A stretch of DNA of 64,000 nucleotides from Epiperipatus broadwayi. Its lineage: Eukaryota; Animalia; Onychophora. Within the stretch, counting starts at the first letter, position 1. Each line of letters begins with the position of its first letter. Location: the NCBI GenBank assembly GCA_028023455.1, contig JAQFVV010000008.1:13144001-13208000 (forward strand), read 5' to 3'. Below the pieces are notes generated by a model that saw only the letters and a program-made list of their open reading frames with translations, made no database searches and had not been told where the DNA came from. Shown piece by piece: positions 12,061-25,950 of this stretch. A program made the translations under genes and the position numbers.

Positions 12061-13600
12061 ATTCCAAATGGCTTTCATAAAAATAAAAGTAACTTAAATT
12101 TTTATTTAAACATACATAGGCCTTCTCCCAATAATTGTTGTCGGAAATCAAATGTAAAATAAAAGAAGTAACTAAAATTTTTATTTAAACATACCCCCAA
12201 AAACACCGGTTCTCCCAATAATTGTTGTCGTTGGTAATCAAATGTAAAATAAAAGTAATGTAAATTATTCTTTAATCATACGGGAAAAAAACCCTCCCAC
12301 TGATTGTTGTCGGCAAACAAATGTAAACCAATAAAAGTAAGACCGTAAATTATTATTTAAACATAACCCAAATTACTATTTGAACATACACCAAAAAAAG
12401 ATATGTTCTTGTCAATAAAAATTAAAGAAACAAACTATTATTGTTCCATTGTCAAACCAAATATTATTTGGGAAACCAAAATAATTTATAAATAAAAAAA
12501 AAGGAAAAGTAGAATCGGTTGTCAATCAAATGTAACCAATAAAAGTAACTTAAATTTTTATTTAAACATACACACACACACACACAAAAAACCCTTCTTC
12601 CAATAATTGTTGTTGGAAATCAATTGTAAAATAAAAGTAACGTAAATTATTATTTAATCATAGACAAAAACACCCCTCCCACTAATAGTTGTCGGCAATC
12701 AAATGTAAAGCACTAAAAGTAAGGTAAAATATTTTTTAAACATAACCCAAATTACTATTTGAACATACACTAAAAAAGACCCATTGTTGTCAATAAAAAT
12801 AAAAGAAACAACTATTATTGTCCCATTGTCAAAAATATTATTTGGGAAATCAAAATAATTTATAAATGAAAAAAGGTCAAATCGGTTGTCAATCAAATGT
12901 AACCAATAAAAGTAACTTAAATTTTTATTTAAACATACACAAAAAAACCCTTTCTCCCAATAATTGTTGTCGACAATCATACACACACAAAAATAAACCT
13001 CCCAATAATTAGTGTCAATCAAATGTAAACCAATAAAAGTAAGACTGTAAATTATTATTTAAACATAACCCAAATTACTATTTGAACATACACCAAAAAA
13101 CACCCTCTTGTCAATAAAAATTAAAGAAACAACTATTATTGTCCCATTGTCAAAAATATTTATTTGTGGAACCTAAACCATAATTTATAAATGAAAGAAA
13201 ATCAAATTGGTTATCAATCAAATGTAAACCAATAAAAGTAACTTAAATTTTTATTTAAACATACACACACAAAAAAAAAAAACCTATTTCTCCCAATAAT
13301 TGTTGTTGGCAATCAAATGTAAACCTATGAAAGTAACGTAAATTATTATTTAATCGTACACAAAAACACCCCTTCCACTAATTGTTCATCGGCAATCAAA
13401 TGTAAACCTATAAAAGTAACGTAAATTATTATTTAAAGATCCATCAAAAAAACCCGTTCTCTCTTGAATTTTGTCAATCAAATTTTAAAAAACAGTAATA
13501 CTATTTAAAAAAACACAAATTACTATTTGAACACACACCAAAAAAGACCCTCTTGTCAATAAAAATTAAAAAAAATATTATTATCCCATTGTCAAAAATA
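12061..13600 (+). repeat. Satellite-like array with higher-order structure inside the TIR element
   Basis: ~60-75-bp subunits (CAAATGTAAA...TAAAAGTAAC...AAATT...ATTTAAACATA...CCCAATAATTGTTGTCGG). A marker block AAATTACTATTTGAACA(T/C)ACAC recurs near 12370, 12750, 13070 and 13515. Confidence 0.85.
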
Positions 13601-14639
13601 TTATTTGGGAAAAATAATTCAGAAACAAAAGAAAGTAAACTTTGTAAACAAAAAAAAAAGGTCAATATTAATAGAGAATTGCTAGCCCGGGAACAATATA
13701 TTAATGTGTTTTTGGTTAAAAATAGCGCCATCCCATGGTTGACACGAAGGATCAGATGAGAACCATATATATAAATATAAAGTTGAAAGAAAAAGAAATA
13801 AACACAGACAAAATTTTTCTAGATATTTTCATTTTCCTAAAATAAAATCACATTAAAGGGTTAAATAATTTTTGATTTAAAATAAAATTTTATTATAAAT
13901 TAAACAATTAAAAAGGTCTAAATAAATATTTTTATTAAATTCTGATTTTGAAATTAAAAACAAGCATATTTCTTGATAATTGTAAAAATCAATTATTTAT
14001 TCTAGAAATCTTTTCTTTTAAGTAAAATCTTTGTAGATTATACTTTGATAAAATTCCCAAAGTAAAAGTGATTTGAAAAGATTAAAAAGATAAGAAAAAA
14101 GTTTTTAATTAATGTATTTTTGTCACCCCAGCCTAATATAAAAAGGGTTAAAAAGCTGCAGTAGTGGTTCTCTAGAGTTAGAGAACAACCATAAAATAAT
14201 TGAAGGCAAGACAGTAGATACAGCAGTGGCTACTAGTTCATGATGGTGGAGCTGAATTCACTTGGAGGGAAATGGGTCAACTTTTATGTCATAGTGACAA
14301 ATGTGTTCTAAAAGATAGTTTTCTTGCCTAAAGTCTACCCAATCCAAGACAGAAGGAAGATCACTGCAGACAGTTACCTGAATTATCCTGAACTTGCACA
14401 CATCAAGAGAAACTATCAGTTGGTTGATGAATTAGTTATTTGTATGCTGTTTCAGCTATATACAAAGAAGCACATATAAACATATATACATGAAGCATAG
14501 GTGGTGAGTAACATTATATATAATGAGAAAGAAATTTTAAATAATTTCTTTGGTTTAAAATGAATTTTAAAAGTGAGATATATAATCAAGAATATTATTT
14601 TAAATCATTTATTGAAGAAAAACAAATATTGTAATACAT

Positions 14640-14800
14640 TAAAGATAAGCCTTTTCAAGCTATTGTGCATGCACCTTTTTTACGAGTGTTAATAATAAAT
14701 GAATACTTTCACTCCCAACACAAGATATAGTATTTAGGAAAGAATAAAATGAATCCACTTATTCTTTCCAACCCAAATGCTTATATATGGGCAAATAATG
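14640..14800 (+). repeat. Dispersed repeat, homologous to 28261-28415
   Basis: Shares TTCAAGCTA..GT.CATGCAC...AATAAATGAATACTTTCA...CCAACACAAGATA...CCAACCCAAATGCTTATATATGGG. Confidence 0.75.
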
Positions 14801-17012
14801 AAAATCTGTGTTTTAAGTTTAAAGATGTTATAATTAAGAGCAACTTGTGATAATGATATATATATAGAGAGAATGATATTATTTTAAATCGTGTACTGAA
14901 GACAAAAAAACATTTAAAATATATATTTTCAAAAAGTAATAAAAGTAAATAATTTTGCTTGGATTAAAAATCAAAAAGTAAAGAAATTATTCATATAAGA
15001 TTTTATATTCTAAAGAAAGAAAAAAAATTACTAATTAATCTTAACCTTAACCTGTCAAAGATTGATTTTTTTAAAGAAAAAAAGAGAAAACTTACTCTTA
15101 AAATAATGATTGGATTTTTATATACTTTCAAAAAAGAATTAATTGTGAAATATATTTTTAATAATCATTTTATTTTGACAATATTATACCACATTTCTGT
15201 ATGGTGATATATATATATATGTAAACCTAGTGTAGGTAAATTTTAATCATTTATTTTATTTTTATATGATAATTCAAATATCTCCAGAAATTGTACATGT
15301 CTGTGTGCAGATATATATAGGTGTTATATATATGAACTTATATGTAAATCACAATGTAATAAATTGAATTTTGTTTTCATATTAATCAACACATATGTAA
15401 ATTTTAATCATTTTTTATTGTTAAATGACAGTTTAAATATATTCATTTATATTATATCACACATATGTGCACAGATACTATTGAAAATCAGTTTTTTTTA
15501 TATTAATCAAAATCAGAAGACTTAAATTATATGTGTATAGCCAGATTCTAAAGACCTTAATTTCATTTTTTATTGTTATTAATGAACTTGTATTTCATTG
15601 TTAAAATTATTCCAGTGAACTTGATTCGAAATAGTTTTTAGAATCTTATATGTTGCATCATTTCTTGATAACAGTAAGTTATAGAGCTTATTTTCCCTGA
15701 GCTAGATTCATGCATAATGGTCTGATATATAAAAGGGGTGCATATTAGTGTACATGCATCCAGTTATGATTAATCCTGGTGGCACTAAGAGTATATTCTT
15801 TAAAGTCTATGCAATACATTTTATTTAGTTCAGTCTCTATTAGAATTTAAGTTTATATTTGGTTAGTAGATTAATGGTACTGAGTGGCTAGCACATTGAT
15901 GATGATCAGCATGTTTTAATATCCCAGCATATTTGATTATGTATTCTGATGGATGAACACTTAGTTTGTGCTTCCAAATTATGTTTAAATAATTGCCCCA
16001 AGTTGGCAAAAGCTAACAAGTTGGCCTGATCTATGGATCCATTTCAAATATAGTCACAAGATTGACTTTATTTATTTGGATTGTTGATCACTCATAATGA
16101 TGGAATATTACTTATACTTATATTTAATGCTGCTGAACTTTTATGGTTAATGATAATGATAGTGACTTAGTGAGTTCTCAGAGTGATCTCACCAAGATCT
16201 ATCATGCTCTACTTAAGTGATATTAAATATTATTTTAATATCTTACTTAAATATTGATACTTAATTTTAAATTTTGTAGAAATTGAAGTGATGATGAGTT
16301 TTGATCATTCCAGGTTCACCTTTTATTCCTCATCCTGTTATTATATATATTGTACCATTTTCTGGTAGATTAGATCTTATTTTACACATTATAAATTTCT
16401 ACTCACATGACAACTAGGTTCAGCATAGTAGTTCTGGCTGGAAGCATTTTATTACAGCTTTGAAAATGCTGCACACAAGAAACCGCCAGAAAAACACAAG
16501 AAAATACCCTCTCTAAACTTGTCCGATTCTTTTATATCTATGGCCAGATTGAAATCTCTGCACATATCTTCTTATCCTTTGTTTTATTGCTAAAATACAA
16601 TTTGATAATCTTCTACATTCCTTTTTGCTTTCGAAATACAAAGTTCTCTTTTTTATAAATTATTTCAGCCATCTCTAATTGTCATTAAGAACATCACTTT
16701 GATTTTAATCACTTTCTTTTGTCTATCTGGGTTAGCAATCTGTATGTGTTTCCATTCTCTCCAATTTTAACTTTGCTTTAATTAAATAGATAATATCAAA
16801 CACAAATAACTTTCATGTATGTATCTAAAAAAATAAATTATACTAACTAATAAAAAAAAAACTAAATTGCTTCCATTGATGATTTTTAAATTTTACTTCA
16901 TTTAGCTTTTAAATCTTACCCAATGCCAACACACTTGTACCATATATATGTAAATAGTACAATATATATATATATATATTCACAGATGGAGCTTTATATA
17001 TGGTTTTTGTTT

Positions 17013-17015
<3 letters not shown>

Positions 17016-17052
<37 letters not shown>
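17016..17052. repeat. (TA)n microsatellite
   Basis: Uninterrupted TA run. Confidence 0.95.
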
Positions 17053-17055
<3 letters not shown>

Positions 17056-17385
17056 CAGCTATTAAATCCCCCTGCAAGACAAAATCTTCTCTAATGAGTG
17101 CTGAAGAAGAAAGCTTGTCAATTTCTGCATGGAAAAAGTTTGAGTAGTTTTCATCTTTGTTTTATTCTCTAGAAGAAAATAGCTAGATATTTATTTACTA
17201 TGTCATATTAATTGATTAATTGGCTATGGGTCTAGATATCTAAAAGAATTCTAAATCTAGTGAAAATTATTTGCTTTGAATCCAGATAGTTTGCATGAAA
17301 TATGAATAATCTACATTTACACTACAATACACTAATACATTGTACAGACTTACACCTGCATTTACATATGTAATATATGCAGAAT

Positions 17386-17853
17386 TCAAACTCAGACTTT
17401 CACATGATCCACAACTCTCAGTGCCATCTTATATTGCTGACCCACTGATCACACATATGTTGAAAAGATAAATAATCACCAATATACGTATTTTGTGCTA
17501 AACCAGCACTTATCAGTTGGTCCAGATTATCATCTCCACACATATATACAATCAGTACTCAGCTTTATATTAAGATAGCCAATCTTCATACTTTAATGGA
17601 CAGCTGAATAGCTGTGAGTTGGAGTAGTTTGAAGCCTGTCCATTAAAGTATAAAGATTGGCTATTTTAATATAAAGCTGAGTACTGATTGTATATATGTG
17701 TGGAGATGGTAATCTGGACCAACTAATGAGTGCTGGTTTAGGACAAAATACATATATTGGTGATTATTTATCTTTTCAACATGTGTGTGATCAGGTGGGT
17801 CAGCAATATAAGATGACACTGAGAGTTGTAGGTCATGTGAAAGTCTGAGTTCA
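17386..17853. repeat. Fold-back: ~218-bp inverted arms (17386-17603 / 17636-17853) with 32-nt loop
   Basis: The arms are reverse complements with scattered substitutions (roughly 90% identical by eye). The outer end has a B-box-like GAGTTCAAAT. Confidence 0.85.
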
Positions 17854-18116
17854 AATACTACAAGACATTGTAAATATATGTATGGGTGATGATTAGCTGT
17901 TGTAACAAATATTGAATTGTCCATACTACCCAGATGATGCTAAGTGAAATCTAATTAAAACATTGATACTATTAAATAGTAAACAAGAATATGAAAATGA
18001 ATATGAAAATTGCATTTAAATCTTTTTATCTATAAAATATTCATTTTAATATTAATGTATGTTATGACACTATACATGACAAGATAATGCTTATTTTAGT
18101 TTTAAATATGAAAAAC

Positions 18117-18121
<5 letters not shown>

Positions 18122-18188
<67 letters not shown>

Positions 18189-18200
18189 ATATATATATAT
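18122..18200. repeat. (TA)n microsatellite
   Basis: Long TA run with one TTTT interruption. Confidence 0.95.
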
Positions 18201-18379
18201 TGAGTCTAAAGAAGATCAATATGATCAAACCCTAAGCACATGATCCTAGAAATGGATCGTTTTTCATTTATTTAACAAAACTTATTCTTGTTCAAAAGTA
18301 AGTAATAATCTTAATATTGCAAAATATATGTATTCAGTCTCTATTCATTGTGTACTCATTTATCTTAAGAAATAATCTC

Positions 18380-19570
18380 AATGCATACCATTAGCTGAAA
18401 TTAAATATCAAATCTCTCTCCCAAATGGTAAATTTTTTTAACTACACCCTCTATGAATAAATATATAAAAATCCAAATCTCAAGTAGTCAGTACAAAAGG
18501 TATCTCTTGAACTGCATCTGCAATGATGTTAAATATCACAATATAGTCTTAATCAAACATAGTATAACATTTAAATTAGCAACGATTTTAAATTTCTCAT
18601 ACACAAACATGTTTAATATATATATATGTATATATAGAAAACAGACTAAACATTAATCATTTTAATCTCTGAAAACTCCCAACGCAAATATATAAGTAAA
18701 TCTCAGTGCATACTGCTAGCTTAAATTGAATATCAAATGATTTCCAAATATTAATAATTTTAGTTACACCCCTGTGAACAAATATATAAAAATCCGAATT
18801 GCAAGCTGCCAGTTTTAAAAGGTATCTTTTGAACTGTATGTTGCAATGATGTTAATTATTCAAATATGGATGATATTTAACATCATTAAAGCTTTTAGTT
18901 CAAGAGATACTTTTTGGACTAACTGCTGGAGATTTGGATTTTTATATATTTATTCAGAAAGAGTATAGCTGAAATTTCTTAACATTCAGGAGAATGATTT
19001 GATATTTAATTTCGTTAGTGGTATTTGAGAGTTTGCAATATTTAAATAATGTTTAGTCTTTACATATTTTAAATATGTTTGTTTATGAGCAATTTAAGAT
19101 TATTGTTAATTTAAATTTTAACTTATTGTTTGATTAAGTCTGTGTTTTGATATTTAACATCACAGAGCCAAAACTCTCCTTACAGTAGTGCTACTCAGTG
19201 CAAGCCAGAGTAATCAATGGATGCAGGAAAGAATAAAGAATGGTGGTCATGTGATGGTTGATATTTAACATCATTGCATCTTACAGTTCAAGAGATATCT
19301 TTTGGACTGGCTGCTTGAGATTCAGACTTTTATATATTTATTCACTATAAATGCAATTTATCCACTCTACTTTTTTTAGCAAAAAAAACTTTTTATTGTA
19401 CTTATATACATAGTCTTAAATATAAGTGTAATAAAAAGTGTTTAAAATAGAGTGTATTTATATAAGATATTACTGCAAAATAAAGTGATAAATATGTAAT
19501 ATATTTATTCACATAAGGTGTAACTGATATTTCTTAAAGTTTGGGAGAATGATTTGATATTTGATATTTC
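18380..19570. repeat. Compound fold-back of a ~330-bp unit (A-B-C-A then inverted A'-C'-B'-A'), centre ~18865
   Basis: The block ATATATAAAAATCC...AAAAGGTATCT.TTGAACTG...GCAATGATGTTAA occurs forward at ~18460 and ~18780 and reversed at ~18870 and ~19260. The last reversed copy is split and resumes at ~19500. Confidence 0.7.
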
Positions 19571-20776
19571 ATTTACATTAATAAATTCAATGCATTTTAT
19601 AAATGTTATTATAGACAATGATGTTTTTTAAATTTAAATCAATGCTTATTCAATTAACTGCTTGTTCATGATATTAGATATTGATTTCAGTATAAGAATA
19701 CTGATAGTGCATTGTTTATATTAGTGTGTATTATTATGAAAATATTAAAAATATCCATATATTGTATAAAAAGTTATCTGTTTAGTTTATTTAAAAAAAA
19801 AGAAACAGAAGTCAGATAGATGTTAAAAGGAGAGGTTAACATAGACTCCATCACAATAAAAAAATATATCTTTGAGCAACTTAAACAACTAAACAGATAA
19901 TAGTTTTTTGTAAAGAAAAGCAATTTCGAGCATCTAAAAATATACATTTCAACAAACAAAAATTAAACATTCATGTGATAAATTATTTAATTTATATGAA
20001 GGTATTAGTATGATTTTTTACAAATTTTAGAAAATAATCATTTACAATATGTGTTTATATGTGTATATAAGATAATAATTTTTACAAAATTAAATATTTT
20101 ATTGTAACAAAAAGAAAATATGTACAAACATTGAATATTTAATCCTAACTAAATTTTTAAAATAAAACTCTTTTCATTGAATTCATTTTGATGTCTGCAT
20201 CATTCTATTTCAGATTAATTATCTATGAAAGTTCTTGTGGTCTTCAGTCATCAGATCTGAGTTTGACACTAGTAGATATATGGCATTATTCAATATTCTT
20301 TACTCTGGAAAATAATAATAATAATAATACAAACATGAAACAAATTCAGTATTTATAATAATATTAAAAGCTAATAATCTGTTAACATCATAAATTAGAA
20401 TAAATGATCTTATATTTCTAAAAAATATAATTTTTAATTTTTCTTTTATCTAAATAATTATTATAATAAATATAATACTTCAAAAACATCATCATGACTA
20501 TTTTTTATTATTTAAATATGTTTTAACTGTTTAAAAAATATTGATAAAAATCCAAAAAACAAAGATTTTAAAATATACAATATTTAAAAATTATAAACTC
20601 ATTTATTTAATGATTATACTACAAATATTTTCTCTTATAGTCCATAATGCATTAAAATTATAATACTCATATAACAAAAAAAGTATTTATGTAATTAATC
20701 TGATAAAATCATTTTGATATAGATTTTAAATTAGTATTTATATAAGAATATTTTGAATATTAATTATACTCTATAT

Positions 20777-21188
20777 CAGTGGTGTTATACTTGCAACCCC
20801 TTCCCCAGATGAAAATTTGATATGTCTTATCAATTGTTTTTTCCATGCATAAATTATAAGTATGAATATGTAATGATATTCATTATAAAATAATAATAGC
20901 TTTAATTGATGTATAAATTTATATTTTCTAATATTTTAATATTAAGCACATATGATTTGAAATGAAATTTTTGAAACAAATTACATACTTGCAAAAAAAT
21001 TATAATACATACAAAAACAATGTATTTTCATGTGATTTTTTTAAGTCTATTTTTTAAAATTAAATCCTTTAAAAAAAAAGAAGACATTATTATCCAAAAC
21101 TTAAGAATATATTTTTAAAATGTTATGACCTCCAATAATTTTTATGTGACCTCTCAGGGGTTTGTGTCATATGAATTGTACACCACTG
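20777..21188. mobile_element. hAT-type MITE, copy 1
   Basis: TIR CAGTGGTG...CACCACTG. Flanks CTCTATAT / CTATACAT form a degenerate 8-bp TSD. Internally homologous to 21897-22306. Confidence 0.8.
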
Positions 21189-21896
21189 CTATACATAGTA
21201 CTTTATATAGAAAGATAAATATAAGATCTAATACTCTCATAAGCATTTGTTTTCTCAAACTATAATAATATATTTTAATATTTATTGTTGAAATAGAATC
21301 TATTAATATTATTTTTCCATTGGTTATATCAAATAAAAACTTAAAATCTTTAAAAGTTTTTCAAATTTCTATTAAAAGACAATCATTTTTAAATAAATCA
21401 ATTTTAGTTATCTATTATAAAGACTTCATATCTCATATATATATTATTTATATTCCATATTTCAGAGGCATTTGTGTAATCATAATTTTGGTAAAACTAA
21501 TATATGAAACAAAATTCTTTTGACTTGATAAAATAACTTTCTACATCCAATAATTTATTCAATAATTTTATAACATTTAGATATGTTTTGTTCACTTAAA
21601 TATTAAAAGATCTATTAGACTCAAAGATAAAATGCAAATCTTTTTGATTGCCATCTAAATTGTTTTTGAATTATTAGTATAATAATTATTTATTATCTAT
21701 TTGAATTATTGTGAAATTTGTAGAACCCTATATTTTTTTATTATTTATTAACATTTAATCCTTGTTATACCAAGTTGTGAAATTATTAATATCATTTTGC
21801 ATTAAATTGAAATCTTTATAAATATTAATTATTTTAAACAATTTTATATCAGAATATGCCAACAAATTTTAATATATTTTATGTAATGTATTACAT

Positions 21897-22306
21897 CAGT
21901 GGTGCACTTTTTTTTTACACTTGTGATCCCTTCCTTGAATGAAAATTTAATGCAATACCTTGTTTTTATCATGCCTAATCTATAAGTATAAATATATAAG
22001 AATATTCATAATAAAACAATAATACTTTTAACTAATATATAAATTTATATTTCCTAATATTAAAATATTAAGCACATATGTTTTGAAATAAAAATTTTGA
22101 AACAAATTGTATATTTACAAACAAAATTATATTTATAAAAATAAATTATTTTTATGTGATTTTTATCTATTTTTAAAAATCAAATTATTTGAAAAAAAAA
22201 ATCACTATTCAAAACTTAAGAAAACTTCTTAAAAATTTTGTGACTCCCAACAATTTTTATGTGACCCTCTTAGGGGGGGGGGCAGCCCATGAGTTATGCA
22301 CCACTG
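21897..22306. mobile_element. hAT-type MITE, copy 2
   Basis: TIR CAGTGGTGCA...TGCACCACTG with a perfect 8-bp TSD TATTACAT on both sides. 8-bp TSDs are characteristic of hAT. Confidence 0.9.
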
Positions 22307-23949
22307 TATTACATCATTAATGTAAATATTAAAAAGTAATATGATTAAAGATCCATCTTGTGGAACTTGTCAGAGTATTGGAAAGGTAAAAAAAAATTGA
22401 AAATTGAAACTAATGCAAATTTTTCTATTAGTTAAATAAGATTTAAACCAATTACATACTTTTGCATCTAATCCTTATACTCTTAATTTTAATAATTAGA
22501 TGTAGTTTATTTTATCAAATATTTGGGATAAATCAAAATAAACTGTATTGAGTCTTTGCTATAGAGCAAAGCAGATATTATCATTTATTATTAGGGGATT
22601 TATTAAACATGATTTAGTTGGAATAAATCCATGCTAAAAATTATTTATGATTTTTGGAATATCATGTTTAATATTATAGATATAATTTTAAACAATTTTA
22701 GAATGAGCAGATAGAATTAAAATTGGTTTATAATTTTTATTCAGTTCAAATATAAACTTAAAATTAATTCAAATAAAAACTTAATTTTGTATTTACATTT
22801 CATTTATTGGAAAAGTTTATAACGTTTTGATAAATAAAAAAGAGGATAAGTACTATTAAAGGGATTGAACTCAGCTATCAAAAGTAAAAGTGTCATTTGG
22901 GCTTCTAGAGTATTGTTACTAGTTTGAGTTTATTTTCCTTTAATATTAATGTTGTAGCTTTAAATACTGAAGTAGTAAAATGAATTGTATTAAAATGCCA
23001 ATAAGGATGATACTTATTGCATAATCATAGTATCACATAGCAAACTTCCCCTTTTCCTGCATTAGGACACAAACAAAAGAAGGAAGATTTCATTTTTAAA
23101 ATTTGTAAAGATTATTAAATTTTAAAATGATATAAAATATGAACTATAAATCATACACAAGAATAACAATGGATTTTATTTGGACTTAGAGCTTGTATAA
23201 GTTAAATATTTAAATTAACATTACTTAATATTTTTTATCTTGATAAATATTAAAGTTTATGATGGAATTTTCAAAATTCACATGCTAGAATAAATTGTGT
23301 TGAAAGATTGACTAGCAAAAGTACTGTCAAGTGTTATTGTTTGATTATTGCTTCATTGCCTTATTATACTACTTATCTTTAAACAGGAAATACATACAAC
23401 CATTAATTTATTTCTATGTCTCATCCTAAAATTGTAATGATTTCATTTTGCATGGTAACTTTAATAATATATAATTTTTATTTCTGTCAAAAATATCAAA
23501 TAAATTATATTAATAAGAATTAAAAAACTAGTATGAACCATGAAAATATATATATATGAACATTTTCCCAGATAACTAAGATTATTTTGAGGTTACATAA
23601 TAATTGATGCAAACATTTTAACTGTAGTATTGTTTCAAATATGTTAGTATTTTTAATATTAATTGTAATATTTATGGCATATTCATCAATAATAAATTAT
23701 ATGTACATACTATATATTTAATAAGCTTAAAGTTTATTCTATAGCTTTGAAATAAAATGTTAAAGTGAATTATATTAAGCTTGAGAAGGGATGGGGTGAC
23801 AAATAATAGTTAACTACTAATAACAATGAGCAGATTTCTTAAATCATATGCTAAAAATGTAACATTTATATATAATTTTTGAATATTTTATTTATTTTAT
23901 GTATATTGGATGTAAACAAAAAAAACTTGTTAAAAAAATAAAACTGTCT

Positions 23950-25950
23950 TTTTTTAAATTATAGATATAGTGAACTGCAAAAAGCAAATGCATAGTTGAT
24001 TTATATTTGATATTGAAAAACAATGTTTATTGCTTTTGTTGTGTTATTTGATTTTTTTTAAATGCAACATCAAGATTTGTTAATGGCTATAAAAACATGT
24101 CAAAAATTGAGGGATGCATTATATATGTCTTCATGAAAAAGAAAAAATATACATTAAATGCTATATAAGGTGGCAAAAATTAATTTAAAAACTCAATTTA
24201 AATCAAATTATTGACAATTTAATGCAATCACTTATAAAAACTGAACAGCAGTATTTGAAAAAAGTTTTTCAACACATTGCAGACATTAGATTATGCATTC
24301 AGAACTGATAATGAAACAACTGAATTTTTTTTAGTTTTATTGAATTGTTAAGCAAATATATTATTAAAACATATTTAGAAAATTCAAGATAGTAACAAGT
24401 GAATGGTACATTATTTACCACATCAATCCCAAAACTTATTTTTAAATATGATGTCTACTGAAATAACAAAAAATCATAAAAAGTGTAAAGGCTATCAAAT
24501 ATTATAGTGTTCAAATAGATTGTATACTATATATATCTCACATAGAATAAACTTCTGTTATCTTAAGATATGTTAACATTGATTACAATAAAAAAAATGG
24601 AAATAAAAGAATTATTTATTGGACTTTTTAAAAGTATATGATTCAATTGATGTGTGATTAAATATTTTAAAATCATCCCACATAAATATTATGGTATGCA
24701 GAGGATAATCCTTTGACAATGATGCTTACATCCAAAGAATAATATAAAAAAATACTGATAAGAATAAGAAAAATAAATCAAAATGCATCTTATGTACCTT
24801 GTGTAGAAAATAATTTTACCTGACTTTTTACAATACAGTAACTAGTACTATAGAATCAAAAAAATTTTTTGGAATTATATGAAGATTATTTACTTTCTTT
24901 GCAGATTCACACAAACATTTGACAATATTATTAAAACATAAAAAAAAAATTAAAACCATTAGGTACTATCAGATAAGAAGTATAAATCAATTTGGTGAAA
25001 GCTTTAAATGAATGAAATTACATTTGCCTTGAATGAACTTGTTAATACATTATTTGATTGGTCACTGCTTCGGAACCAAATGGTGTGCAAGAAAACATTA
25101 CTAAATTTTCTTTGATTATTTTTCTTTTACTTTGGTGTAGTATTTTAAATGCATTAAATAAAATAAACATTTTTTAGCATAAAAATATAACATTAAAATC
25201 TATCTGCTTTTCCACTTATTAAATAAGTACAAAAACTTTACTCCAAGAAATAAAAAATAGTGAATTTCAAAAATCATTAGAAGAGATAAATTGTTTAAGG
25301 ACTAGGTTGAAGTGCAAAGTTTTCTATGTATTGTATATATAAAGAAAAATGTTTTTCAATGAAATAAGTATTGATGAAACATAGACAATTTCATGGCAAA
25401 TTATAAGATTTTGTATTTTTACCCTTTGTTAAATTTTTTAATTTGTCAAATAGACAAAAAATTTAAGTAAGTTCTGAAATTTTACAAAATTATAAAATGT
25501 TTCATTATTTGCTTGAAAAAACTTGTTTTCCAGAACTCCTAAAAGAATATATGGATATTTTTTGTGAAAAATCTTTACACATTTTTAATGAAGACAAAAA
25601 ATGTATGAACAAAGTCTTTTTAATAAGAAATATAATAAATGATAAATCTTTATTCATATAATAGAAAATAAATCTTTATTCAAAATTAAACCATTCATCA
25701 TGCTTAAATTTGGTATAGAAAATAAATATAATGAAAATTTTCCCAATATTTGCACTGCACATAGGATTTATTTAATATTTCCTGTTATTGTGATCAGTTT
25801 CAGAATGCTCATTTAGTAAATTAAAATTTATTAAAGAATATCTCAGATCCACAAGGTCACAAGAGAAACTTAATTCTTTAGCAATATTATCTATAAAAAA
25901 TAGAAAAGCTGAAATAAAGGACTTTGAAGACATAATTGAAAAACAGGCTA
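23950..25950 (+). pseudogene. Decayed hAT transposase (Tip100/ZMYM-like)
   Basis: Ordered motif remnants across frames: NVYCFCC (~24020), AFRTD (~24295), YYSVQIDC..SH...VILRYV (~24500), CRG*SFDN (~24700), ASYVPC (~24790), KPLGTIR (~24955), FPNIC...IFPV and SECSFSKLKFIKEYLRSTRSQEKLNSLAILSI (dimerisation domain, ~25740-25900). Confidence 0.8.

Larger units (their letters stand above)
11245..13772. mobile_element. Non-autonomous TIR DNA transposon (~2.5 kb) inserted in a TA run
   Basis: 52-bp terminal inverted repeats 11245-11296 and 13721-13772 (ATATATATGGTT(G/C)TCATCTGATCCTTCGTGTCA...) with 5 mismatches. No transposase ORF was found and the superfamily is not identified. Confidence 0.8.

Noticed and set aside
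12061-13600. CRISPR-like appearance of the repeat array and ORFs 12699..13022, 13501..13731, 13553..13759
   Set aside because: Eukaryotic context, degenerate repeats without unique spacers, and no cas genes. The ORFs are translations of the repeat.
14230-14480. GC-richer stretch translating as HDGGAEFTWREMGQLL or QDRRKITADSYLNYPELAH
   Set aside because: Could be an integrase remnant or an exon, but stops are present and I see no diagnostic motif or splice pair.
17085-17135. Hammerhead-like words (CTAATGA / CTGAAGA ... GAAAGCTTG)
   Set aside because: No stem II can be formed directly before a GAAA without several assumed mutations.
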